DNA of 64,000 bases from an uncultured Verrucomicrobia subdivision 3 bacterium (GTDB lineage Bacteria; Verrucomicrobiota; Verrucomicrobiia; Limisphaerales; UBA11358): NCBI GenBank assembly GCA_903827955.1, contig CAIKKJ010000151.1:7642-71641 (forward strand), in the 5' to 3' direction. Of this stretch, positions 1 to 8,607 are shown piece after piece (positions within the stretch are counted from its first letter, which is position 1; the number at the start of each line of letters is the position of its first letter). The position numbers and the translations under genes were made by a program. Under the pieces are notes generated by a model. The model saw only the letters and a list, made by a program, of their open reading frames with translations. It was not told the origin of the DNA and made no database searches.

Positions 1-315
1 TCGGACACGCCGGAAAATTTGCAGCGCCGCATGGCGGGCGGCAGCCAGGTCATCGCGGAAATCGCCGCGCCAGAAGCGGCGTTGCGCGCGGCGTGCGATG
101 GTTTGCCGGGGGTGGAGCAGTTCGATGTTTCGCTGCCGGAAGGAAATTTTTTTCGCTGCGCGCTGACGGCGAAGGACGGTCAAGATTTGCGCCCGGAAAT
201 TTCCGCGCTCGCGATGAAAAACGGCTGGCCGCTCCGCGAACTCACGCGCAGCCGGCATTCGCTTGAGGATATTTATGTGCAGGTGACCAAGCCGAAATCG
301 GAGGTAGTGGAATGA
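1..315 (+). CDS. ABC transporter ATP-binding subunit, C-terminal fragment (gene starts upstream of window)
   Basis: The frame is open from nt 1 to TGA at 313-315. It has an ATGA overlap with the downstream ABC-2 permease. No Walker motifs lie inside the window, so the call rests on context and the tail ...SLEDIYVQVT. Confidence 0.55.
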   Translation, partial: SDTPENLQRRMAGGSQVIAEIAAPEAALRAACDGLPGVEQFDVSLPEGNFFRCALTAKDGQDLRPEISALAMKNGWPLRELTRSRHSLEDIYVQVTKPKSEVVE

Positions 316-1064
316 GTATTTTCATGGCGTTGCTGCGGCGCGAGCTGGCCACATTTTTTTATTCCATTACTGGTTACGTCATCATCGCGGCGGTGGCGCT
401 GCTGACGGGCTTGAGTTTCGTAGTGCTGATGTTCACGCTCGGCGGTGACCCGATCACGATGCCGGTGACGGAGGCGTTTTATCAGACGTATTTTTTCTGG
501 CTCATCCTGCTGCTGCTCTCGCCGGTCGTCACGATGCGCCTGTTCGCGCTGGAAAAAGCGACCGGAACGTTTGAAACGCTCATGACGACTTCCGTGAGCG
601 ACGCGCAGGTGGTGCTGGCAAAATTTCTCGCGGCGATGATTTTTTATCTCGTCGCGTGGCTGCCGTTGCTGTCGTGCCTCATCATCGTGCAACATTTCAC
701 GCAGCAGACTGCTGCGCTCGATCCGCGCACGCTGGGCGCGACGTATCTGGGAATTGTTCTCATCGGCAGCCTGTTCATGTCGCTTGGCTGTTTTGCGTCC
801 TCGCTGACGCGCAGCCAGATGGCGGCGGCGATGATCAGCTTTGTGCTGGGCACGAGCCTGTTCGCGCTCGGCTTCGCAGCGAAGGCGCTGCCGTTCGCCA
901 GCGACGGCCAGTCGCGCATCGTCTCGTATTTTGACCTGTTCAACCACATGGACAACTTTGCCCGCGGCGTGGTGGACACGCGGGCGGTGATTTTTTACGT
1001 CAGCACGACATTCCTGTTTTTGTTCCTGACCTTGCGCGTGGTGGAAAGCCGCCGCTGGAAATAA
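312..1064 (+). CDS. ABC-2 type transporter permease (GldF-like)
   Basis: 250 aa with about six hydrophobic spans (ITGYVIIAAVALLTGLSFVVLMF, YFFWLILLLLSPVV, IFYLVAWLPLLSCLII, VIFYVSTTFLFLFL). It is translationally coupled to the ATPase tail upstream. Confidence 0.8.
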   Translation: MSIFMALLRRELATFFYSITGYVIIAAVALLTGLSFVVLMFTLGGDPITMPVTEAFYQTYFFWLILLLLSPVVTMRLFALEKATGTFETLMTTSVSDAQVVLAKFLAAMIFYLVAWLPLLSCLIIVQHFTQQTAALDPRTLGATYLGIVLIGSLFMSLGCFASSLTRSQMAAAMISFVLGTSLFALGFAAKALPFASDGQSRIVSYFDLFNHMDNFARGVVDTRAVIFYVSTTFLFLFLTLRVVESRRWK

Positions 1065-2582
1065 ATGAGCGCCGAAAAATCATCCCGTCCCAGTTTTTCG
1101 CCGTCCAGCCGCTGGAAAATCGGCTGTGACGTGGCGTTGCGCACCGCGCTGGTGCTGGCCGTGGCGGTGATGGCGAACTGGCTGGGCGCAAAATTTTACA
1201 AACGCTTTTACTGGAGCGAGCAGACGCGCGTCACTCTTTCTTCGCGCACGCTGACGTTGCTGCAGACGCTCACGAACCGCGTGGATGTGACGCTGTATTA
1301 CGACACGCATGACCGCGAGAATTTTTACCCGGACATCCTGGAACTGCTCAACGCCTACCGCGACGCGAACAAAAATATTTCCATTCACGCCGTGGACTAC
1401 ACCCGCGACCCGGCCGAGGCGATGAAGGTGAAGGAAAAATTCAGCCTGCCCGCCTCCGTCGCCACGCCCAACGCGCCGCCGGCGAAGGACCTCATCATCT
1501 TCGCGTGCGGCGACCGGCACGACATCGTGCCCGGCGCGGCCATCATCGGCACGCAGACCACCGCCATCGGCCCGGGCGATCCGAATTACGATCCGAACGT
1601 CAAAGGCCCGCAGTATTTGCGGAAGCCCGTCACGTTCAATGGCGAGGTGATGTTCACTTCCAAACTCTTTGCGCTCGCGCACGGCCAGCCGTTGCAGGCG
1701 TATTTTTTGCAGGGCCACGGCGAGGCGTCGCTCGCGGACACCGAGGACAATGGCTACAAAAAATTCGCGCTCGCGCTTGCGCAAGACGACATCCTCTTGA
1801 ACAACCTTGAACTGTCTGGCAGCGCGGACGTGCCGGCGGATTGCAGCCTGCTCGTCATCGCCGCGCCGACTCGCGTGATTGATGCGGCTGAACTGGAAAA
1901 AATTGACCGCTACCTTGCGCAAGGCGGAAAGCTGCTGGCGTTGTTGAACTACGCCTCGTTGGGGAAACCGACGGGAATTGAATCCGTCCTGCAACATTGG
2001 GGTGTGAGCGTCCTGGCTGACTACGTCAAGGATGCTCAAAGTTCTGACGACCGCGTTGCCATCGTGCGCAACTTCAATCCCAAAACATTCGTCGCCCCGC
2101 TTTCGTCGCTCGCGTTGGAAATGGTGCTGCCGCGTCCCGTCGTCAAAATCGAACCAGCCAACGCCACGGCCGGCGCGCCGCAGGTGGAGGCGCTCGTTGG
2201 CTCTAGCCCGACCTCCACGCTGGCTGGCGAACGCGCCGGGACGCCGCGCAGTTATCCGCTCATCACCGCCGTCGAGCAAAAGCCGGCGGCGGGCGTCACT
2301 CCGCTGCGCGGCAGCACGCGCCTCGTCGTGGCGGGCGACTCGCTGTTTCTCGACAACCAGTTGATCGAGGCGGCGGCCAACCGGGATTTTCTGAACTACG
2401 CCGCGAACTGGCTGTGCGACCGCGGGCAACTGCTCTCCGGCATCGGCCCGCGCCCGGTCACGGAATTTCGCCTGCTGGTTTCCAAGGCGCAGTCGCGCGA
2501 ATTGAACTGGCTGCTCCTCGGCGCGCTGCCCGGCGGAATTTTATTTTTTGGCTGGCTCGTCTGGCTCGTGCGCCGCAAATGA
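1065..2582 (+). CDS. GldG-like ABC-transporter auxiliary protein
   Basis: 505 aa with N- and C-terminal membrane anchors (ALRTALVLAVAVMANWL; WLLLGALPGGILFFGWLVWLV) around a large soluble region. It starts directly after the permease stop. The order ATPase-permease-GldG-like matches the known gldA/F/G-type arrangement. Confidence 0.7.
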   Translation: MSAEKSSRPSFSPSSRWKIGCDVALRTALVLAVAVMANWLGAKFYKRFYWSEQTRVTLSSRTLTLLQTLTNRVDVTLYYDTHDRENFYPDILELLNAYRDANKNISIHAVDYTRDPAEAMKVKEKFSLPASVATPNAPPAKDLIIFACGDRHDIVPGAAIIGTQTTAIGPGDPNYDPNVKGPQYLRKPVTFNGEVMFTSKLFALAHGQPLQAYFLQGHGEASLADTEDNGYKKFALALAQDDILLNNLELSGSADVPADCSLLVIAAPTRVIDAAELEKIDRYLAQGGKLLALLNYASLGKPTGIESVLQHWGVSVLADYVKDAQSSDDRVAIVRNFNPKTFVAPLSSLALEMVLPRPVVKIEPANATAGAPQVEALVGSSPTSTLAGERAGTPRSYPLITAVEQKPAAGVTPLRGSTRLVVAGDSLFLDNQLIEAAANRDFLNYAANWLCDRGQLLSGIGPRPVTEFRLLVSKAQSRELNWLLLGALPGGILFFGWLVWLVRRK

Positions 2583-4369
2583 AATCCAACACCACGCCCA
2601 TCTGGTTCGTGCTCGCCGTCGCGCTCGCGGCGTCCGTGTGGTTTGTTCAAAAACATCTCCAGCCCGCCGCGCCCGCGAAACAAAATCTCCTCGCCGGTCT
2701 GCGTGCCGAGGCCGTGACGTCCATCCAAGTCGTTCCGGCCAATGCCCGCGAAATCAGCGCCAGCCGCACGAACAAAAATTGGTTCCTCGAAAAACCTGTC
2801 GCCTATCCTGCGCCCGCCGCCGCCATTGAACCGCTGCTGGCCGCGCTGGAAAAACTTTCGCCCGTGCTGCGCCTCACCGCCGCCGAGGTGTCGCGGAAAA
2901 ATGCGGACGCGGAATTCGGCCTGGAAAATCCGCAGTTCCGCCTCGATGTCAACGCCGGCGAACAGAGCTGGCACTTGAATATTGGCAATCGCACCGCGCC
3001 GGGCGACGGCGTCTATGTCCGGGTCGTCGGCGGTGCGGGCGTTTATGTGACCGATGTGGACTGGCTCGCGCTGCTGCCGCGCGAGGCCGGCGTCTGGCGC
3101 GACACCGCGCTCACCGGCGAGGTCGGCGACGTAGACTGGCTCGTCATCACCAACGGCGCGAAGGTCATCGAGTTTCGCCGTGACGCCACGAATCGCCTCT
3201 GGCGCATGACCCGGCCGTTACAGGCGCGCGCCGACGGCGTGCGGCTCACCACGGCGTTGCAGCAACTGCGTTCCGCCAAGGTCACGCGCTTTGTCACCGA
3301 TGATGTGAAGGCCGATCTTTCCGCTTTCGGCCTGCTGCCGGCGGAACTCGATGTCTGCCTCGGCCACGGAACCAATGTGCTCGAAGTCATTCACGCCGGT
3401 AAAGATTCGGCGGAAAATCCCGGCCAGATTTTTCTGCGGCGCGAAGGCTGGAACTCCGTCGTAACGGCGGCGAAGGACACTCTCGCGGCGTGGCGCGGCG
3501 ACGTGAACACGTTCCGCGACGCGCACCTGCTGGATTTCACCGCGCCCGTCACCGAGATCGAAGTGCGTGGCGAAAATAATTTCACGCTGCGCCACGAAGG
3601 CACGAACGCGTGGACGGTCGCCAGGGAAAAATTTCCGGTGGACATGGAAAACTTGCAGTTGTTCGTGCGGATGCTCGCCAATTTGCGCGTCACGGAATTT
3701 GTGAAGGACGTCGTCACCGGCCCGGATTTGCAGGGCTTCGGTCTCGCGCCCACCAACTCGCGTAGCATCACGCTGCGGTCTGCGCCCGGCGACACGAACG
3801 CGGTCATCGCGCAGTTGATTTTTGGCGCGTCGGAAACGAACCGTGTGTTTGTGAAGCGCGGCGACGAAGACTTTGTCTATGCCCTTGCGCCGCAGGACGC
3901 CGGTCAGTTGCCCGTCGCCGGCTGGCAGTTTCGCGAGCGCCGCCTCTGGAATTTTTCCGAGACGAACCTCGCGCAGATTTCCGTGCATCAAGCGGGCAAG
4001 CTGCGGCAACTCGTCCACAACGGCCCAGGCCGCTGGTCCCTCGCGCCGGGCTCGCAGGGCATGGTGGACACGGTCGGGCTGGAGGAGACGGCGAAACAGT
4101 TTGCCACGCTTTCTGCCGCGTGGTGGATGGAGAAAAATTTTATCGCGCCGGAAAAATTCGGGTTTAACACCAACTGCGTGCAGCTCGATTTTGATTTGAA
4201 GTCCGGCGAAAAACTCACGGTGAATTTCGGCGCGGACATCCCGTCGCAAAATGCGCCCACGGCGTTTGCGAACGTGACGCTGGACGGCGAGCGCTGGGCG
4301 TTCGTATTGCCGCCGCCGCTGTGGCAGCTCACGGACGCATTTCTGAAAATCGTCCCCGGCCAGCCCTGA
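2579..4369 (+). CDS. DUF4340-like membrane-anchored protein
   Basis: ATG at 2579 overlaps the previous stop (ATGA). The N-terminal anchor is IWFVLAVALAASVWFV. Proteins of this type habitually follow GldG-like genes. The ORF-track start at 2414 would overlap the previous gene by 169 nt and was not used. Confidence 0.55.
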   Translation: MKSNTTPIWFVLAVALAASVWFVQKHLQPAAPAKQNLLAGLRAEAVTSIQVVPANAREISASRTNKNWFLEKPVAYPAPAAAIEPLLAALEKLSPVLRLTAAEVSRKNADAEFGLENPQFRLDVNAGEQSWHLNIGNRTAPGDGVYVRVVGGAGVYVTDVDWLALLPREAGVWRDTALTGEVGDVDWLVITNGAKVIEFRRDATNRLWRMTRPLQARADGVRLTTALQQLRSAKVTRFVTDDVKADLSAFGLLPAELDVCLGHGTNVLEVIHAGKDSAENPGQIFLRREGWNSVVTAAKDTLAAWRGDVNTFRDAHLLDFTAPVTEIEVRGENNFTLRHEGTNAWTVAREKFPVDMENLQLFVRMLANLRVTEFVKDVVTGPDLQGFGLAPTNSRSITLRSAPGDTNAVIAQLIFGASETNRVFVKRGDEDFVYALAPQDAGQLPVAGWQFRERRLWNFSETNLAQISVHQAGKLRQLVHNGPGRWSLAPGSQGMVDTVGLEETAKQFATLSAAWWMEKNFIAPEKFGFNTNCVQLDFDLKSGEKLTVNFGADIPSQNAPTAFANVTLDGERWAFVLPPPLWQLTDAFLKIVPGQP

Positions 4370-4373
4370 TTTT

Positions 4374-7046
4374 ATGCCCGGTTTCTGGCGCAAATGTCGC
4401 ATCGCGTTCCGCTGGGCGCGCTACGCCTGCTGGCTGCTCGTCGTGCTGGCGTTACTCGCGCTGGCGTGGGTCAACGTCGTGGGCGTGCCGGATTTTTTCC
4501 GCACGCGCCTCGTCGCGGCACTGCGGGAGCAGGGTTTTCAACTGGAACTTTCTCGCGTCCGCTGGCGGTTCATCCACGGCATCGTCGCGGACAACGTCAT
4601 CATCGGCGACCGCACGAACCGCGTCACCCATCCGCTCTTCACCGCCGGTCAGATTCAACTGCGGCTGGACTACGCCGCGCTCGCCAAAAAACAATTTCAC
4701 CTCGCCGGCATCGTCGTGCGCGACGGCATCTTTACGTTGCCCGTCAGCCCCACCAACCGGCTCGCGCTGCTGAACATCCAGGCCGAGGTGCGCTTTCTGC
4801 CAGATGAAACGTGGTCGTTGGACGAGTTGCGCGCGGATTTCTCCGGCATGAAAATCCGCTTCGCCGGCCAAATCGTCCACGCGCCGGAGTTGAAAAACTG
4901 GGACGTGTTTGCGGCCAAAAAACCCGGCGGTGGTGGCGTGTTGACGCGTCCGTTGCAGGACTTTGCCGATACGCTCGTGAAAATCCGTTTCGCCCGGCCA
5001 CCGCAGATCAGCGCGCAGATTTTTGGCGATGCGCGCAACGAACATTCCTTCACGTTGCGCCTGAACGCCGATGCGCCGCAAATCAGCACGCCGTGGTTCG
5101 CCGCGCGCGGCTGGCAGTTCGCCGCGAACATTTCCGCGCCGGACGCGGTGACAAACTTTTCCGACACGCTGGATTTTTGGACGAACGCGCTGCCATTCCG
5201 GCTGGCATGGACGACGCGCGCGGCGGAGCTCGACTTGAACAATTTTGACGCCCGCGCGGTTGAAATTGCTGGCGATTGGGCTGCGCCGCAGTTGTCCGTC
5301 GCCAAGTTCAACGCCCTTTTCGGCGGCGGCAAACTCAACGCCGCCGCGCGGCTTGATGTGCAAACGCGTGAACTGGCCTTCACCAACGACTCGGCGTTCA
5401 ACCCGCACGCGCTGGAATCTTTTCTGCCGCCCGGCGCGCGCGCCCGGTTGCAGGACGTGGCGTGGACGCAGCCGCCTGCGTTGGCGGTGTCCGGGCTTTG
5501 CACCGTGCCGGCGTGGACGAATCGCATGACGGACTGGCGCGAATTCATCAGTCCGGCGACGCGCTTGCACGGCACACTGGCCAGCACGAATGCCGTGGTG
5601 GGTGGTCAGACCGTGGAACTGGCGCGGCTGCATTTTGATTTTGCGAATGAGCTCTGGGCGTTGCGCGACGTGCAATTGGTGCAAGGCCGCACGCAGCTTG
5701 CGCTGGACGCGGAGGCAAGCGCGGCGACAAAAAATTTCCGCGCGACGCTGCGGGGAAATCTGGCGGCAGAAACCGTGCAGCCGTTTTTGCCGACGAATGT
5801 TTCCGAGCCGCTATTCCGCCTCGTCAAGCTGGGCGAACCGGTGGCGTTGGATTTGATGGCGGCGGGCAGTTTGGATAAATTTGATCCGCTCACGGCGACG
5901 GGGCGCGTGGCGGTGACAAATTTTTCCATCCGCGAGCAGGCCTACGAAAGCGTGGCGGCAGATTTTTTCTACACGAACCGGGTGCTGAACTTTTCGCAAC
6001 CCCAGGCGCTCCGCGCGCACGGCACACAGGTGCTGACTGCCGACGCGGTGGCGTTGGATTGGAATGCGGGGATGTATTTTTTCACGAACGGCTTCAGCAC
6101 CACCGAACCGACGGCGGTGCTGCGGGCGATCGGGCCGAAGACGGCGGCGTTGATCGAGCCATATGAGTTTCTCGCGCCGCCCACGGTGCGTTTGAACGGC
6201 CAGTTGCCGTTGCGGGACTTGAGCCGCGGGCGGGATTTGGAAGGCACGGACATGCGGTTTGAAATCATCCGGCCGGCGACGTTCCGCTGGACGAAACTTT
6301 CAACGACAAATATCACCGGCCGGGTTTTTTGGCTAGGGCAGGAATTGGTTTTGACCAACATCGCGGCGGATTTTTATGGCGGCAGCGCGGCGGGCTACGC
6401 GTTTTTTGATTTTCGCCCGGTGGGTTACGGCTGTGATTTTGATTTTGGCGTGGATGCGACCAATGTGGATGTGCATCTGCTGGCGTTGGACCTGGCTACG
6501 AACAAATCTAATTTGATCGAAGGCCGGCTCACCGGCAGTGTGGCGGTGACAAACTCGAATTCACGGTCATGGCGTGGCTGGAACGGCTACGGCACGGCGC
6601 AGTTGCACGACGGCGTGCTGTGGAATATTCCCATTTTTGGTTTTGCGTCGCCGGTGCTGAATACGGTTACGCCCGGTCTGGGCAACAGCCGGGCGACGGA
6701 TGCCTCGGTGATATTTGTGATGACGAATGGCGTGGCGCGTTCAACTGCACTGGAAATCCATACGCTGACCATGCGGCTGCAATACGATGGCACGGTGGAT
6801 TTGCAGCAGAACGTGGACGCGCGGGTGACGGCGCAATTGCTGCGCAACACCCCGCTGCTCGGCTCGGTCGTCAGCACGGTGCTGTGGCCGGTGAGCAAAA
6901 TTTTTGAGTGCCAGGTGAACGGGCAGGTTTCCGATCCGAAGGTGACGCCGATTTATTTTCCGTTCTCAAAATACCTGCTGATCCCGCTGCACCCCATTCG
7001 CAGTCTTGAAGAAATTTTGCCCGCCGCCGAAAAGCCGAAGGGCTGA
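4374..7046 (+). CDS. large N-terminally anchored AsmA/TamB-like envelope protein
   Basis: 890 aa with an N-terminal TM segment (ACWLLVVLALLALAWVNVV), then a long beta-rich region with no recognisable catalytic motifs. The C-terminal ...GQVSDPKVTPIYFP resembles AsmA-family ends. The family assignment is tentative. Confidence 0.45.
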   Translation: MPGFWRKCRIAFRWARYACWLLVVLALLALAWVNVVGVPDFFRTRLVAALREQGFQLELSRVRWRFIHGIVADNVIIGDRTNRVTHPLFTAGQIQLRLDYAALAKKQFHLAGIVVRDGIFTLPVSPTNRLALLNIQAEVRFLPDETWSLDELRADFSGMKIRFAGQIVHAPELKNWDVFAAKKPGGGGVLTRPLQDFADTLVKIRFARPPQISAQIFGDARNEHSFTLRLNADAPQISTPWFAARGWQFAANISAPDAVTNFSDTLDFWTNALPFRLAWTTRAAELDLNNFDARAVEIAGDWAAPQLSVAKFNALFGGGKLNAAARLDVQTRELAFTNDSAFNPHALESFLPPGARARLQDVAWTQPPALAVSGLCTVPAWTNRMTDWREFISPATRLHGTLASTNAVVGGQTVELARLHFDFANELWALRDVQLVQGRTQLALDAEASAATKNFRATLRGNLAAETVQPFLPTNVSEPLFRLVKLGEPVALDLMAAGSLDKFDPLTATGRVAVTNFSIREQAYESVAADFFYTNRVLNFSQPQALRAHGTQVLTADAVALDWNAGMYFFTNGFSTTEPTAVLRAIGPKTAALIEPYEFLAPPTVRLNGQLPLRDLSRGRDLEGTDMRFEIIRPATFRWTKLSTTNITGRVFWLGQELVLTNIAADFYGGSAAGYAFFDFRPVGYGCDFDFGVDATNVDVHLLALDLATNKSNLIEGRLTGSVAVTNSNSRSWRGWNGYGTAQLHDGVLWNIPIFGFASPVLNTVTPGLGNSRATDASVIFVMTNGVARSTALEIHTLTMRLQYDGTVDLQQNVDARVTAQLLRNTPLLGSVVSTVLWPVSKIFECQVNGQVSDPKVTPIYFPFSKYLLIPLHPIRSLEEILPAAEKPKG

Positions 7047-7047
7047 A

Positions 7048-8589
7048 TCACGGAAACACCGCGCGATAAAACCGGAAGGGGAAATTCGTGGTCTGCGTAT
7101 CCGCAAACCGCAGCGTGCCGGCAACCGGAACCGTGCCAGTATAAAGCGGCAGCCAGTTGGAAAAATTCGTCGAGGCATCAATCCGCCAGGTCGTGTTCGT
7201 CTTGCTTTGCAGAAACAGTTGGAAATTAGTTTTAGCTGTGGCGGTGTTGGTGAAGGAAAAAACGTAGGCCGGCCACACAATCACGGCGAAGCTGTTCGTC
7301 ACGGAATACGGCGGTGAATTATCGTCCGTCACTTTGATGGCCACGTTGTTCGTGCCGATGGCGGGATGCGTGTTGGTCCAGTTGTAGATACCGTTCGTGG
7401 TGATGAAACCGTTGGTCGAGACGGCGGACAGTGCAAATACAAACTGCGACGCTGGCTGCTGGCTGTTCGTTGCGCTGGCGGTGGCGCTGAACGTCTGGCC
7501 GACGGAAATGATTTTCCCTGCGGGAATCGTCAACACCGGTGCGGACGCCACGGAAACATCGTCTACATACCAACCCGCGGCGGTGTTGACGCCGCCGGAG
7601 ATGAAATGAAATGCGGCTTGCACGCTCTGGCCGGCATACGCGGAAAGGTCGAGCGCGGCATTCGTCCATACGCCGGAACTCACGTTGAAGTTGGTCGCGG
7701 AAAGCGTGACCCATTTGTTTGTGCCAGGCTTGACCTCGACAAATCCAAGCGCGTTGTTGAACGAATACCAATTCCAAAATTGCAGCGACGAGCGGCCCGC
7801 AGGCACGGTGAACGCTGGCGTGATTAGCCGCGAATCCACATTGTTCGGATAATTGCCCGCGAGAATCGTCGCGGCACAGTTCGTGCCGCTGTGCGCCGCG
7901 CCGGGGCCGCTGGTCGGCTTGCCGATTTGCCACGTCCCGGCATCCACAGCCCAATCAGTCGCGCCGGCTTCAAAATTTTCTGCATTCGTCAATGATTGTG
8001 TATTGGTGACCACCGACACATCGTCAATGAACCAGCCCAGCGTGTTGCCGCCAACGCCGCCGGACGCGAAGTGAAACGCAATCTGGACATTCTGCCCCGC
8101 GAACGGCGCGAGATCAATCGAGGGCTGCGACCACACGCCACCGCCGCTGGCGAGGGTGGTGGGGCCGTAGTTCGAGGAGATTTGCGACCAACCGGAGCCG
8201 TCGTTGATTTCGACATAGCCGAGCGCGTTGGCGAAATTGAACCATTGCCAGAAACGCAGGCGCGGCGTCTGGGTGGCTTCGGGCACGAGGAGATAACCGC
8301 TGCCGTTGTCGGCTGAGCCGTAGTTCGTGCAGACGAGGCGCGTGTCCTGGTTGTTCGGATAACTTTGCGTGGTGGCGCAGCGCACGCCGCTGTGCGTGCG
8401 GAAGCCGAGGGTGTTCGTGCCCGGCCCGGCGGTCGGCGCGGTGACGTGCCAGCCGTTGGTGCTGGTCCAGTTCACCGGCGCGTTGGTTTCAAAACCATCC
8501 GTCCAATAAACCGTCTCCGCGCGCGCCGCCGTGAGCCACAGTAGAAACGTGGCAGCGAGCGCCGGAAAAGTTTTTTTGGTGAATCTCAT
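7048..8589 (-). CDS. secreted protein with two tandem jelly-roll (MAM-like) repeats and C-terminal FYR-type module
   Basis: 513 aa with a signal peptide (FPALAATFLLWLTAARA). There are two ~190-aa internal repeats (FWQWFNFANALGYVEI...GWFIDDVSVV versus FWNWYSFNNALGFVEV...GWYVDDVSVA). The C-terminus is ...STNFSNW...FRFYRAVFP. It lies 18 nt downstream of the secretin gene on the same strand. Confidence 0.7.
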   Translation of the reverse strand: MRFTKKTFPALAATFLLWLTAARAETVYWTDGFETNAPVNWTSTNGWHVTAPTAGPGTNTLGFRTHSGVRCATTQSYPNNQDTRLVCTNYGSADNGSGYLLVPEATQTPRLRFWQWFNFANALGYVEINDGSGWSQISSNYGPTTLASGGGVWSQPSIDLAPFAGQNVQIAFHFASGGVGGNTLGWFIDDVSVVTNTQSLTNAENFEAGATDWAVDAGTWQIGKPTSGPGAAHSGTNCAATILAGNYPNNVDSRLITPAFTVPAGRSSLQFWNWYSFNNALGFVEVKPGTNKWVTLSATNFNVSSGVWTNAALDLSAYAGQSVQAAFHFISGGVNTAAGWYVDDVSVASAPVLTIPAGKIISVGQTFSATASATNSQQPASQFVFALSAVSTNGFITTNGIYNWTNTHPAIGTNNVAIKVTDDNSPPYSVTNSFAVIVWPAYVFSFTNTATAKTNFQLFLQSKTNTTWRIDASTNFSNWLPLYTGTVPVAGTLRFADTQTTNFPFRFYRAVFP

Positions 8590-8607
8590 TTTCGCCGGTG
8601 AACGGTT

